A DNA stretch of 64,000 nt from Octopus vulgaris. Its lineage: Eukaryota. This document shows, in pieces, positions 27,102 through 39,500 of the stretch (the first letter of the stretch is position 1; each line of letters opens with the position of its first letter). A program made the translations under genes and the position numbers. Under the pieces are notes generated by a model. The model was not told where the DNA came from. It was given only the letters and a program-made list of their open reading frames with translations, and did not search any database. The stretch lies in assembly GCA_951406725.2 (NCBI GenBank), contig OX597840.1, forward strand, positions 18,414,001-18,478,000, in the 5' to 3' direction.

Positions 27102-28722
27102 GTATGTTTGTGTGTCTGTGTCTATCCCCACCATCGCTTGACAACCAATGTTGGTGTTTTTACGTCCCCATAACTTTGCGGTTCGGTAAAAAGACCCCGA
27201 TAGAATAAATACTAGGCTTACAAAGAATAAGTCCTAGAGTCGAATTGTTCGACTAAAGATGGTGCTCCAGCATAGCCACAGTCAAATGACTGAAACAAAA
27301 GAATAGGCATGTGTGTGTATGTATATATGTGTGTGTGTATATGTTTGTGTGTCTGTGTGTACATATATATACAGACATACATATATACGCATATATATAT
27401 ATATATATTTACACATATATACATATGTGGAGTGGGGCATGAATGTTGTGTTTACCTCGACACAACTTAGCGGTTCGGCAAGAAAGACCAATGTAATAAG
27501 TATTAGAAAGAAAAAGGTATTGGAGTCGACTCTCGACTGAAGCCTTCAAAGCGGTATTCTAGTCTGGCTGCCATCCAATGACTAAAACCTGTAAAAGCGC
27601 ATCGACACAAGATTTCATACAAGAGTTCTATAATGATAATAAAAAAAAAGTTTTTGATTATGTAGAGCCAAATAAACAATGAGTTAAATTATAAGAAGGA
27701 ATGGTCACGAGCAGAACGCTTTTCGCTTCCGATTGAAAGCACTCTAGCCGCGACCATCCCATCTATTATCTCATATATTTGAGAATGTATATAAAAAAAA
27801 TAAGTAAACAAATGGACTGAGTGCTTCCAGATATGGTATGATTAAGATTATTGGAATCGTCATGGTTAGAACACACCTTTACTTCTGATCAAAGGTATTC
27901 CATCCACGACTATCCCACCTTTTATTTTATACATGGGCGTAAGCGTGTCCAAGTAGTAAGAAGCTTCTTTCTCAACTACATGGTTCCGGGTTCAGTCCCA
28001 CTGCGTGGCACTTTCGCCAAATGCCTCAAGCCGTCCAAAGCCTTTGTAAGTGGATTTGGTAGACGGAAACTGAAAGAAGCCCGTCATTAAAGTGTGTGTT
28101 TTTACAGCGTGGCACCTTCGGCAAGTGTCTTCTACTATATCCCTGGGTCCACCAAAGCCTTGTGAGTGGATTGTGTGTGTGTGCGCGCGCCTATTTGTAT
28201 TTGTGTTCATCCCCCTGCTTAACAACCGGTGTTGGTGGGTTTACGTCTTCGTAACGTAGCGGTTTGCAAAAAGAGGCCAACAGATTAAGAACCAGGCTTA
28301 AAAAGAAAAATACTGAAGTCGATTTGTTCGACTAAAACCCTTCAAGGCAGTGCCCCAGCATGGCCGCAATCTAATGAATGAAACCAGTGAAAGGTAAAAA
28401 GATGCATTTCTTTACAAGAAACAAAGCAGCAAGGTTTCTTTGTCCGACGCTTTTCACAGTTGAACGCGTTTCTGGCCTCTGAAGCGAATTGTCTTCGTGA
28501 GTGTTGTTGCAAACCTAAATAAGTGAACGTGTGAAAACCAAAACTACGTTGGTGTGTTTACGTTCCCGTAACTTACTGGTTCGGCAAAAGGGACCAATAA
28601 CATAAATACTAGGCTTATAAAGAATAAGTCCTGGGGTTGATTTGCTCGATTAAAGGCGGTGCTCCAGCATGGTCGCAGTCAAATGACTGAAACCAGTAAA
28701 CAAGTAAAAGAGTAAAAGAGAG
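26202..28722. mobile_element. Cluster: SINE B (26202-26423, minus) then stacked SINE A copies and 3' halves (plus)
   Basis: Repeated ccagcatggccgcagtcaaatgactgaaac-type tails near 26930, 27270, 28360, 28670. Confidence 0.8.
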
Positions 28723-29273
28723 AGTAAGTTAATGTATGAAAAGCAAATTTTGAAAGAAGTTTCTGTAAAAGTAGTTTTTAAACACCAAATGCGGGCGTCC
28801 ACCAGAATAAAATAGTAACCAGAGGTATCCCATATTTTAAAAAATTGTCGAGAGCTTCCGAGTTAGATGGTAAGGGAGAAAATGGCTGCTGTTTGGCCTC
28901 GAGTCGAGTAGGGGCTATAAAGGTCATGGCACACCCCTTTCATCCCTATTCAGCAACCATCGCTTTATTTAGTGGAAGGTTCACGGAAGGGGTTAGTGAT
29001 GAGTGATGTCTCTTTCGTCCTTTCAGCTCACTGGTCAAAGTTGTTGACATCTACATACCACAATCGTACACAGACACATCATGATGTGTCTGTCTGTACG
29101 AATGTGTATGTGTGTGTATATATATATATACACACACATATATGTAAAAAACTTACTGTTGACAGACACATACTCACACGCATGTATATGTATATACGCA
29201 CAGATATCTATATACATGCTTTCATTCAGTCATACGACAGACGCGCATAGACGTCATGGTTTGTGTATGTGTA

Positions 29274-29295
<22 letters not shown>

Positions 29296-29304
<9 letters not shown>

Positions 29305-29522
29305 TGGAAGGTGTGTGTGTATATATATTTATATATATATTGGAAGGTGTGTGTGTATATATATTTATATATATATTGGAAGGTGTGTGTGTATATATAT
29401 TTATATATATATTGGAAGGTGTGTGTGTATATATATTTATATATATATTGGAAGGTGTGTGTGTATATATATTTATATATATATTGGAAGGTGTGTATGT
29501 ATATATATATATATTTTGGAAG

Positions 29523-29557
<35 letters not shown>
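29296..29557. repeat. 36-bp minisatellite, 7 copies (ggaaggtgtgtgtgtatatatatttatatatatatt)
   Basis: ggaagg at 29306, 29342, 29378, 29414, 29450, 29486, 29518. Confidence 0.95.
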
Positions 29558-30983
29558 ATCTCAGTCTCCAGAGAATTTCTTTCATCACCATTACTTCCAG
29601 TTCACTTCTCCACCGCCAACACTTCAAGTTTCTGTCACTCTACACCACCCCCACCGGCGCCTCGTGTACTTCCACCATCATCTAACTTTATGGTCTACTT
29701 AACAAATATTTCTCTCCACTTGCTACTGATGCTGTTTTTTTTGGGGTTTTTTAAGTTATTGAAAAGACGCTAGACGAAAGCAAAAGGTGGTTCCTGGTTA
29801 GTGGCGGTTGTTGTTATTTAAACCCAGGTTAGCCCTGATCGAGCTGACGTATGGTCATAGACATTACAGATGCGGCCATTTTGACTTTTCTTTACGTGCT
29901 GGGAAGCTGGTTCTACCCGTTGTATTATGTGACATTTTCTAGGACGGTTAAGGTGTGATATGAGTGAGATTTAGCTGTTCTTTCTACTGCATCGATCGAA
30001 AAGGCATCGGCTCCTACATAGGCGCTAAAAGATAGTGATGGTGACGATGGACGTGTCAGTAGCTCCACGAACGAAGGATGTGTGTGTGTATTTTTTATCT
30101 TTATGTATGTGTTTCTGCGTGTGTGTGTGTGTGTGTGATGACAGAAGGATGGGTATCTTTGATGTACATCATGAATGGAAGCCGTCCTCTCTCAACCGCT
30201 ATTCATTCAATAACACACTCATACACGCACATCTCTTATTATTGTGTCCCTTCCTCACCCCTAAATCAAATTTGTTTGTAGAATTCGGAAGGTCACTTCT
30301 GTTATTGAGTGAATATAAACGATCCCTTTTCGCACTCTCTCCATCCTGTGTGTGAGTGTATGGGGTATACATGTATATATGCATATATTATATACATAGA
30401 AGCACACATTTGTCTATCTGTTTCAATCATTAGAATGCGGCAATGCTGGAGCACTGCATTGAAGGGTTTAGCTCAGTAGTTCCCAAACTTTTTCACTAAC
30501 AAGGACCCCTTTTATTTAAATGAGTTTTCCAATGGACCCCTTTTAATATGCTTGTCCTTATACACACACACTCTTTTACTTGTTTCAGTCATTTGTCTGT
30601 GGCCATGCTGGAGCACCGCATTTTAGTTGAGCAAATCGACCCCAGGACTTATCATTTGTAAGCCTAGTACTTATTCTATCGGTCTGCTAAGTTACGCGGA
30701 CGTAAACACACCAGCATCGGTTGTCAAGCGATGTTGGGGGACAAACACAGACACACAAACATTATATATATGAAATTTTGAGTTTAGTTGACGGACAGCA
30801 ATGGTAACCACTGGTTTAGCTGAACAAATTTATCCTGGTATGTTTTTTGTTTTTCATGATAGTCTGGTACATAATCTCTCGGTGTCTTGCTGAATCGCTG
30901 AGTTACGGGAAGCAAGCAAACCGACACCGATTACCGAGTGGTGGGGAGGACAACCGCACAAGCGTGATCGCTTCTCTCTCTTG

Positions 30984-31040
<57 letters not shown>

Positions 31041-31430
31041 TAATGAGAACATCGCCGCGTATCAATGGCTGCCTGCAACGACATTAAACGGAGCAGATGA
31101 GGTTGTGGAGGTCAACAAATTGACTGACATTAAAGTTACACACACGGGCTGAGAGAAGGAGGAAGAGAGAGAGAGAGACGATGTGGTGGGATGGGTGGAC
31201 TAGGAAATGATGACGTTTGCAATGAAATGGGTGGTGGTGGTGGCAGATGGTAGCAATTCTCTATTCATCCTCATCATTTCGCCACCGCAACGCCGTCACT
31301 TATCTCCCCCACCACCTCCAATTACACCACGAACCAGAGAGGAAGTTAGACTACAAACGTTTATGTCTATGTGGTCGCTCGATGTGTTAAATATAGCAGT
31401 CAAATGTTAAATCCAGTCACATCCTAAGAA

Positions 31431-31473
<43 letters not shown>

Positions 31474-31478
<5 letters not shown>

Positions 31479-32112
31479 CCTTTCTACTATAGGTACAAGG
31501 CCTGCAATTTTCGTGGGAGGGGAGTAGTCGATTACGACGACCCCTGGGCTCGACTTGTACTTATTTTTATCGACCTTGAAATGATGAGACAAAGTTGACC
31601 TCGGCGAAATTTGAACTCAAATCTTCAAGACGAATGGAATGCCGCCAAGGTAACCATTCTGCCTGCTTGCCGCCGTGATGATGATAATAATAATCCTTTC
31701 TACTGGAGGCACAAGGCCTCAAATTTATGAGTAGGGGACTAGTCGATTACATCGACCCCAATGTCTCACCGGTACTTAATTTATCGACCTCGAACGGATG
31801 GCAGGCAAAGTCGACCTCACAGCGTAGTAACGGACGAAATGCCGCCAAGCATTTCGCCCGGTACCGTAACCATTCGGCCAGCTCGCCGTCTTTAATAATA
31901 ATAATAATAATAATCCTTTCTACTATAGGTACAAGGCCTGCAATTTTCGTGGGAGAGGAGTAGTCGATTACGACGACCCCTGGGCTCGACTTGTACTTAT
32001 TTTTATCGACCTTGAAATGATGAGACAAAGTTGACCTCGGCGAAATTTGAACTCAAATCTTCAAGACGAATGGAATGCCGCCAAGGTAACCATTCTGCCT
32101 GCTTGCCGCCGT
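31474..32112 (-). mobile_element. Three tandem SINE B monomers separated by (TAA)/(TGA) repeats; first and third nearly identical
   Basis: 31474-31678 and 31910-32112 share private mutations. Confidence 0.85.
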
Positions 32113-32526
32113 GATGATGATAATAAGGCTTAACTGTTACTCCCAAATATTTGTGACCCGGGTTTGTACCGTGTTTTCTCTAATTGTTTTAGGAGTTTGT
32201 GTAGTCGCCAGCCGACGCACGCACCTTTGTCCTCATACCTTTTGACTCAGCAGAACGCTAAGGATTTAACAGCTAGAAGAGAAAGAGTGACGGAATGGAT
32301 GCATCGGCACCAAGGTGGTACTTACTGCTGAGTAGACTGGTGCAACATGGAATGAAGTGCCTTGTTTAACCCTTAGCCTGTCCAAAGCATTTTTATAAGT
32401 TTTCTTAAACGACCATGCTTGTTTTCAGACGTCTGGTTAGCTTTTTTTAAAAATACATATTCTGAATAATGTGAAGCTTTCCTTTCCTATGTCCCACGTT
32501 ACTCAAAAACACCCCCCTCCTATATA

Positions 32527-32912
32527 CTCTTTTTAAAAAATTGTTTCAGTCATTTGACTGTGGCCATGCTGGAGCACCACCTTTAGTCGAGCAAATCGAC
32601 CCAGGACTTATTCTTTGTAAGCCTAGTACTTATTCTATCGATCTCTTTTGCCAAACTACTAAGTGACGGGGACGTAAACACACCAGCATCGGTTGTCAAG
32701 CGATGTTGTGGGGACAAACACATACACATACATATATATACATATATACGACGGGCTTCTTTCAGTTTCCGTCTACCAAATCCACTCACAAGGCTTTGGT
32801 CGGCCCGAGACTATAGTAGAAGACACTTGCCCAAGGTGCCACGTAGTAGGACTGAACCCTGAACAATGTGGTTCGTAAGCAAGCTACTTACCACGCAGCC
32901 ACTCCTACGCCT
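32527..32912 (-). mobile_element. SINE A, full length
   Basis: Reverse complement of consensus. Confidence 0.9.
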
Positions 32913-33229
32913 ATTACTATACATATATAGTAATAACAACAATCATCCTTGGATGGAATTTATAAACATTTAATGCATCTCTACAGGCATTTCCACAAAT
33001 CACATGACTCTTGAGATGATTACAGTGTAGTCTGTAGTATTTGTAGGCATCGAGCAGATCATTTTCATGGGTTCATTTCTTCAGGCGATATAACATAAGT
33101 GGATGTTTAACAGAGGGTCGTTTATCCCTTTTGATTAATGCTTGCATATTCAAAACGTTTCCCGTAGCCACATGTGAATCGTTGGCGAATTTTTTTCCTC
33201 CGTTTTCCTTTTCTATTGGACTTTCCTCT

Positions 33230-33264
33230 GTTTCTGAAGAAGAGCTTTGCGCGAAACGTTAAAC
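33230..33264 (+). ncRNA. Minimal type-I hammerhead ribozyme motif (Penelope-type) within a ~33100-33390 repeat fragment
   Basis: gttt-CTGAAGA-a-gagc-ttt-gcgc-GAAA-cg-TT-aaac: stem I gttt/aaac, palindromic AACGTT stem III. Confidence 0.65.
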
Positions 33265-34072
33265 CACTTTTTCCCCTTCCCTGAGCGTTTGCTAATACTG
33301 TACATGCACAAAGTGCTCGCGTTGTTGTTTTTTGTGTTTGTTCTTCGTTTTTTTTTTTGTTTTTTTTTTTTTGTGGCGGGGATTTACTATATATATCGTT
33401 TGGAAAGCAAACTTCGCACCACTTACACACACTTATATATACGATGAACTTACAGTTTCCGTCAATCAAATTCTCTCACATGGCATTGGTTGGCCGGTGG
33501 CTATAGTAGAAAATATTTACTCAAAGAACCGCGCAGGGGGACTGAACCCAAAACATGGTTCCAAATCTAGTTTCTTGACCACACAGCTATGTATTTATGC
33601 GCACACACACACATACACGCGTTATTGACATGAGTATTCTGTATATAACTTAGGGTGAATATAATATAAGAAAGCCACAAACCTGCAGTTTCCTCTCGAG
33701 AAAGAATCTCGTATATAGTGCTAAAAAGCACAATAATATCCGTAGCAGACGGAAACTATGCGTCCTTCCTTTTATTTCAAAACAGCGTGATATGAATGAG
33801 ATTTTGCTGCTATATTTAGTACATCGTGCAAGCCTAGGGAGGCCCTCTTAGCTCGGTCTCGTTGTAGAATATTGTAATGTATGGTTAGCGTTGCTTGTTT
33901 TTTTTTCTCTCTCTTTCTCTCTTTTATTGGTTCCACTTTTTCTCTTTCTCTCTTCAAGCCACAATGGCAGTCTATCTGTCTGTCTGTCTGTTTGTCTTTC
34001 TCTCTCCTTTATCGAATCTTAATCAATAATTCAATAATTAAACATTGATTATCTGAATTGTTTCGTTCATAG

Positions 34073-34105
34073 GAGTTGAGTCTACTCCTGCGGCACCACG
34101 TGGAG
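34073..34105 (+). CDS. Putative 33-nt symmetric microexon, phase-1 reading (G)VESTPAAPRG
   Basis: ttgtttcgttcatAG acceptor, GAG|GTAAGA donor, GC-rich block in AT-rich unique DNA, length divisible by 3, open in the phase left by exon 729-813. Confidence 0.6.
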
Positions 34106-34476
34106 GTAAGAATCCCGTCAGGTTCATGTTGTGGTCGTCGGTGCTGTTGTTGTTGTTCTTTGTAACGTTTATGGAATTTGACGTGTTTTGTATTTTATAT
34201 TGTAGACTTTGTTCTTGTCTTACAGTGAAGTATTTAAGTCTTTCGTGATTTATTTCTGTAATGTCTTACGTTGTATTGTTGTTCTGTTTTATGTAGTGTT
34301 GAGGTGCTGTGAAACATATGTTGTCGTGTATTATATGTGTATATGTTTGTGTATATGTGTGGATGTGTGGTAAGAAGCTAGCTAGCGTAGCAGCTTGGGC
34401 AAGTCTCTTCTACTGTAGCCTCGGACTGACCAAGGCCTTGAGTGGATTTGGTAGACGGAAATTGAAAGAAGCCCGT

Positions 34477-34880
34477 TGTGAGTGGATGTGTGGTAAGTAG
34501 CTTGCTTACGAACCACATGGTTCCGGGTTCAGTCCCACTGCATGGCACCTTGGGCAAGTGTCTTCTACTATAGCCTCAGGCCAACCAAAGCCTTGTGAGT
34601 GGATTTGGTAGACGGAATCTTAAAGAAGCCTGTCGTATATATGTATACATGTATATGTATGTGTGTATATGTTTGTGTGTCTGTGTTTGCTCCCTCCCCC
34701 CAGTATCGCTTGACAACCGATGTTGGTGTGTTTACGTCCCCGTAACTTAGCGGTTCGGCAAAAGAGACCGATAAAATAAGTACTAGGCTTACAAAGAATA
34801 AGTCCTGGGGTCGATTTGCTCGATTAAAGGCGGTGCTCCAGTATGGCCACAGTCAAATGACTGAAACAAGTAAAAGAGTA
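34477..34880 (+). mobile_element. SINE A, full length (flanked by partial copies 34355-34485 and 34900-35075)
   Basis: Consensus match. Confidence 0.9.
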
Positions 34881-35653
34881 TGTGTGTGTGTGTGTGTGCT
34901 TGTCTTTGTCCCCCACCAACTCTTGACAACCGGTGTTGGTGTGTTTATGTCCCCGTAACTTAGCGGTTCGGCTTACAAAAGAAAATAACACCCGTAGTCG
35001 ATAAATTCTACTAAAACTTTTTCAAGGCATTGCACCAGCATGGTCGCAATCTAATGACTGAAACAAGTAAAAGATGAAAGACATCATTTTGCCTCACCAC
35101 ATAATTACTTTTCGTTAGTGTTAACATATTTACTGTTGGGAGAATCAAAAGTTGATTATTAATAATTACGGGGTGAATGAAAATACCTGAAACATTTAAC
35201 AAAATTTATCAGTAACTCGTTTTGTGTGTGTGTGTTTCTGGGGTGTGTGTTTAAGGGAAGTAAGAGGGATGTCTCAGGGTGTATAGGAATGTATGTATAA
35301 GGATTGTTGTGTGTGTTTGTAGTTTAGACAAAAAGTGAACCCAACCCAATCCTAGCCATATCGTACTTATCTCATCATTAAACCTTTTGTTGGCATTTAT
35401 GGCGGAAATTGTGGTTTTTCCGCCGTCTTCTCAGCACCAGTTTGTGTGTGTGAGTGCAGTACATGTGTGTGTGTTTGTGTGTGTGTATGTATGTATGTAT
35501 GTATGTATGTATGTGTATGTATGTATGTGTTTGTGTGCGTGCGTGTATATATGTACATGTCTGTATATGTGTGCGTGGTTGTGAGTGTATATGTATGGAT
35601 GTATTTGTGTATGTGTGTGTATGTATATGCGTACATTACAGGTGTGTGTGCGT

Positions 35654-36178
35654 GAAGGCGCATGGCTTAGTGGTTTGAGTGTCAGGCTACCAATCCTGTG
35701 GTAATGAGTTCGGTTCCCGGACCGGGCTTCGTATTGTGTTCTTGAGCAAGACACTTTATTTCACGTTGCTCCAGTTCACTCAGTTGTAGAAATGAGTTGC
35801 GACATCACAGGTGCCAAGCTGTATCGGCCCCTTTTCCCTTTCCCTTGGACAGCATCGGTGACGCAGAGAAGGGAGGCTGGTATGCATGGGCGACTGCTAG
35901 TCTTCCATAAACAACCCTGCCCGGATTTGTGTCACAGAGGGGAACTTTCTAAGTGGTCTTCAATGCAATCCCATGGCCCAGTGTTTAGGGCGGCGGACTC
36001 GCGGCTGTAGGATGGCTGTTTCGATTCCCAGACTGGACGTTGTGAGTGTTTATTGAGCGAAGGCCTCGTGGAACCTTTAGGTGTTTTCGCTCAATAAACA
36101 CTCACAACGCCCGGTCTAGGAATCGAAACCGTGATCCTACGACCGCGAGTCCGCTGCTCTAACCACTGGGCCATTGCG
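35654..36178. mobile_element. SINE D fused to a SINE E head, followed by an inverted SINE E head
   Basis: D body to ~35965; E heads 35972-36061 (+) and 36062-36178 (-). Confidence 0.8.
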
Positions 36179-36462
36179 ACTCCACACACATACATATATA
36201 CACACATAATACATATACATATATATATATGTATATTCAGTTTTCTTGTTCTTTGCGAATTACCTGAAGCTGGGTATTGAACCCTCGTCGCACGTGCGTA
36301 GGGGCGGGGGTGTATGTTTTCCAAAGACGAGTGAATATATGAACGGATATAATATATTTGCGTGGATCTTTCTACCTACATATACACACAATATCCCTTT
36401 CCCTTTCCATATATGCACGTGTGTGTGTGTGTGTGTATCTATACGTGCGTATATGTATATCG

Positions 36463-36656
36463 TTTACTTGTTCCAGCCATTAGACAGCGTCCGTGCTGGG
36501 GCACGGCCTTGAGGAATTTTTAGTCGAATGAATCGGCCCCAGTACTTATAGGGTTTTTTTTTTTTCGTAAACCTGGTACCATTTTCTCGGTCTCTTTTTC
36601 CCGAACCGTTAAGTTACATTAACACACCAACACCTGTTAACAAGCGGTGATGGGGA

Positions 36657-36726
<70 letters not shown>

Positions 36727-36833
36727 TACACGACAGGCTTCTTTCAGTTTCCGTCTACCGAGACTATAGTGGAAGCCCAAGGGGCCACACAGTGGGACTG
36801 AACTCGGAATCTTACCACAGAGGCACGCCTGCA
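36463..36833 (-). mobile_element. SINE A with deletions
   Basis: Family A motifs. Confidence 0.75.
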
Positions 36834-37613
36834 CATGTCTATATTCATAGCTATCTTACCGTTTTTGCCAATACATCAAAGTTTTACTTTGTATCGGCCC
36901 CTTTTACTTTTACGCAAAGTAAATAATTTTTTAAACTAAGTAAATAAATTATTTTTATAAACCAACTGAGGTTAGAGTTAGGTTTAGGGTTAGGGTTAAA
37001 AAGTCGCTGTAGGATCGACTACTTACGACTAGCTAGCGCCGATGCGCGAGTGCGCGCACCGGGACCACTGTTCGCTAGTAGTACCTAATGTGTGTGTGTA
37101 TACACACATGTAAAAGTAACATATCCACTGTGTCAGGAGGTCAAAGAAAATACCAAAAAAGCAATTCCGCTACTCCCTCCCCTGTTCCCTTCACCCACCC
37201 CACTCCACCTCATGCACCCCTGCTCTCGAACGACCCCACTGATATCATTGGCAGAGGGAAAAAAAACGGAGGGCTGGAGAAGAATTGAGGGCAGGGAGTC
37301 TTCCTAGGCGTACGTACCTCTGTAACATCTTGTCTAATTATGTAGCGTGCATGCGTGTGTGTGTGTGTGTCGGATAAAGGATGTGTGTTTATGAAGGATG
37401 TATCGGATAAAAGATGTGTGTTTATGAAGTGTCAGACACAGGATTCTTGTAGTCTCGTCTAAAAGCAATTACTTACTTCTTTTCGGGTTTTTTTTTACGT
37501 AAAATCTTTTAGTTTTTCATAATTTTTCTTATTTGTTTTCTTATTTATCTTGTAATCACAGCCAAGACTAATAGCTATGGTTGTTTCGTCTACTCTCTAC
37601 TACTATCATGATG

Positions 37614-38025
37614 AAGGCGGCGAGCTGGCAGAATGGTTAGCACGCCAGCCGAAATGCTTAGCGGCATTTCGTCCGTCTTTACGTTCTGAGTTCAAATTAC
37701 GCCGAGGTCGACTTTGCCTTTCATCCTTTCGGGGTCAATAAATTAAATATCAGTTACGCACTGGGGTCGATGTAATCAACTTAATCCGTTTGTCTGTCCT
37801 TGTTTGTCCCCTCTGTGTTTAGCCCCTTGTGGGCATAAAGAAATAAGAAACGTTAGCACCCCGGACAAAATGCTTAGCGGCATTTCGTTCGTCTTTACAT
37901 TCTGAGTTCAAATAACGCCGAAGTCGACTTTGCCTGTCGTCCTTTCGAAGTCGAACCCTGATTTCGATGTAATCGACTTAATCCCCTGTACTTGCTGGCC
38001 TTGTGCCGAAATTTAAAACCAATAC
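37614..38025 (+). mobile_element. SINE B dimer
   Basis: Full head aaggcggcgagctggcagaa plus second unit. Confidence 0.85.
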
Positions 38026-38287
38026 TTAATGAATTTTAGATCTGTATGTAACTGTGTTTTTGTGTGGTGTGCAGTTGTCTACTTATTTATGTTGTTGTGT
38101 TGCAACATGTGGTGTACATTTGTATGTAAATATCTGAATGTATTTGTGTATTATTTATTATTTTTGTTGTTGTTGAGTGAGAGAGCGGTGCATGCCATCT
38201 ATTATTATTGTTATTATTATTTGTTTTGTCCTGTGCTGTCCATAATATTTTTCTTAATGTAAACCTTTGTGGTTAATATTATTGTGT

Positions 38288-38333
<46 letters not shown>

Positions 38334-38334
<1 letters not shown>

Positions 38335-38872
38335 GATTGAGAGAGCAGTGCATGCCATCAAAGTGACACTGGGGTAAAATATACGAAACCCAATATACCC
38401 ATCATGACTACCCGTCTGATAAGGGTACACCAGGCACATGCATCACAACCATATGTGCGCGACATGGTGATCTCATATCAAGATAAACAGCACATGACCT
38501 TGCAGGTGGGGCCCAGTTAGAATTTTCTTCTGGTCGAGTAGCTCATCCCGCTCAAAAGATCCATGAAAAAGGATTGTTTAAAGATGTTGTACGAACCACC
38601 TTTGTTTCCAGAGGTGAATTATCCAAACCTCTAAGAATCCCTCTCAACACATGGCTATGATGCTCCCCCACTACTTCTGCTCATGATCAGAGATGCACAT
38701 ATCGTCAGCCACTAAGGGACATGCTCAACTGGTTAAAGTCAAACAACTGACAAGCAAATCTGTGGTGTTGAGCAGAATACTTGCTGTAGCCCATCTTTTT
38801 TACTAAGACAAAACAATGTACATGATAACACTTCCAATCAGTTAAGATCAGAAGCCATGAGAGCCACTGCCT

Positions 38873-38945
<73 letters not shown>

Positions 38946-39484
38946 CATTATTATTGAGTGAGAAAGTAGTGCATGCCGTCAAAGTGACACTGGGGTAAAA
39001 TATACGAAGCCCAGTATACCAATCATGACTACCCATTTGACAAGGGTACACTAGGCACCATGCATCGCAACCTTATGAGCACAAAATGGTGATCTCATAT
39101 CAAGATTAACAGCGCATGACCTTGCAAGTGAAGCCCAGTTAGAATTTTCTTCAGGCCGAGTAACCCATCCCACTCAAAAGGTCCTTGAATAAGGTTTGTT
39201 TTAAAGATAACGAACAAAACACTCCAGAGGTGAATTATTCAAATCCCAAAGAATTCCTCTCAGCACATGGCTATGATGCTCCCCACTACTTCTGTTCGTG
39301 ATCAGAGATACGCATAGCGTCAGCCACTAAGGAACATGTTCAACTGTTTAAAGTCAAACAACTGATAAGTAAATCTGTGGTATTGAGCAGAATATTTGCT
39401 GCAGCCCATCTTTTATACTTAGACAAAACGTGTACGTGATAACACTTCGAATTAGTTAAGATCAGAAGCCATGAGAGCCAGTGC
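38334..39484. mobile_element. Two tandem copies (38334-38873, 38955-39484) of a ~540-bp non-coding element embedded in (TTA)n
   Basis: Collinear copies from gagagcagtgcatgccatcaaagtgacac to gaagccatgagagcca, with (TTA)n before, between, and around the third partial copy at 58236-58549. Confidence 0.85.
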
Positions 39485-39500
39485 GTGTTGTTTTTGTTGT

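Noticed and set aside
29296-29557. Regularly spaced 36-bp repeats as CRISPR-like array
   Set aside because: No unique spacers, eukaryotic context; simple minisatellite
34084-34100. Minus-strand gtgccgcaggag resembles the 3' half of miR-252
   Set aside because: Seed region does not match, no precursor hairpin; better explained as an exon
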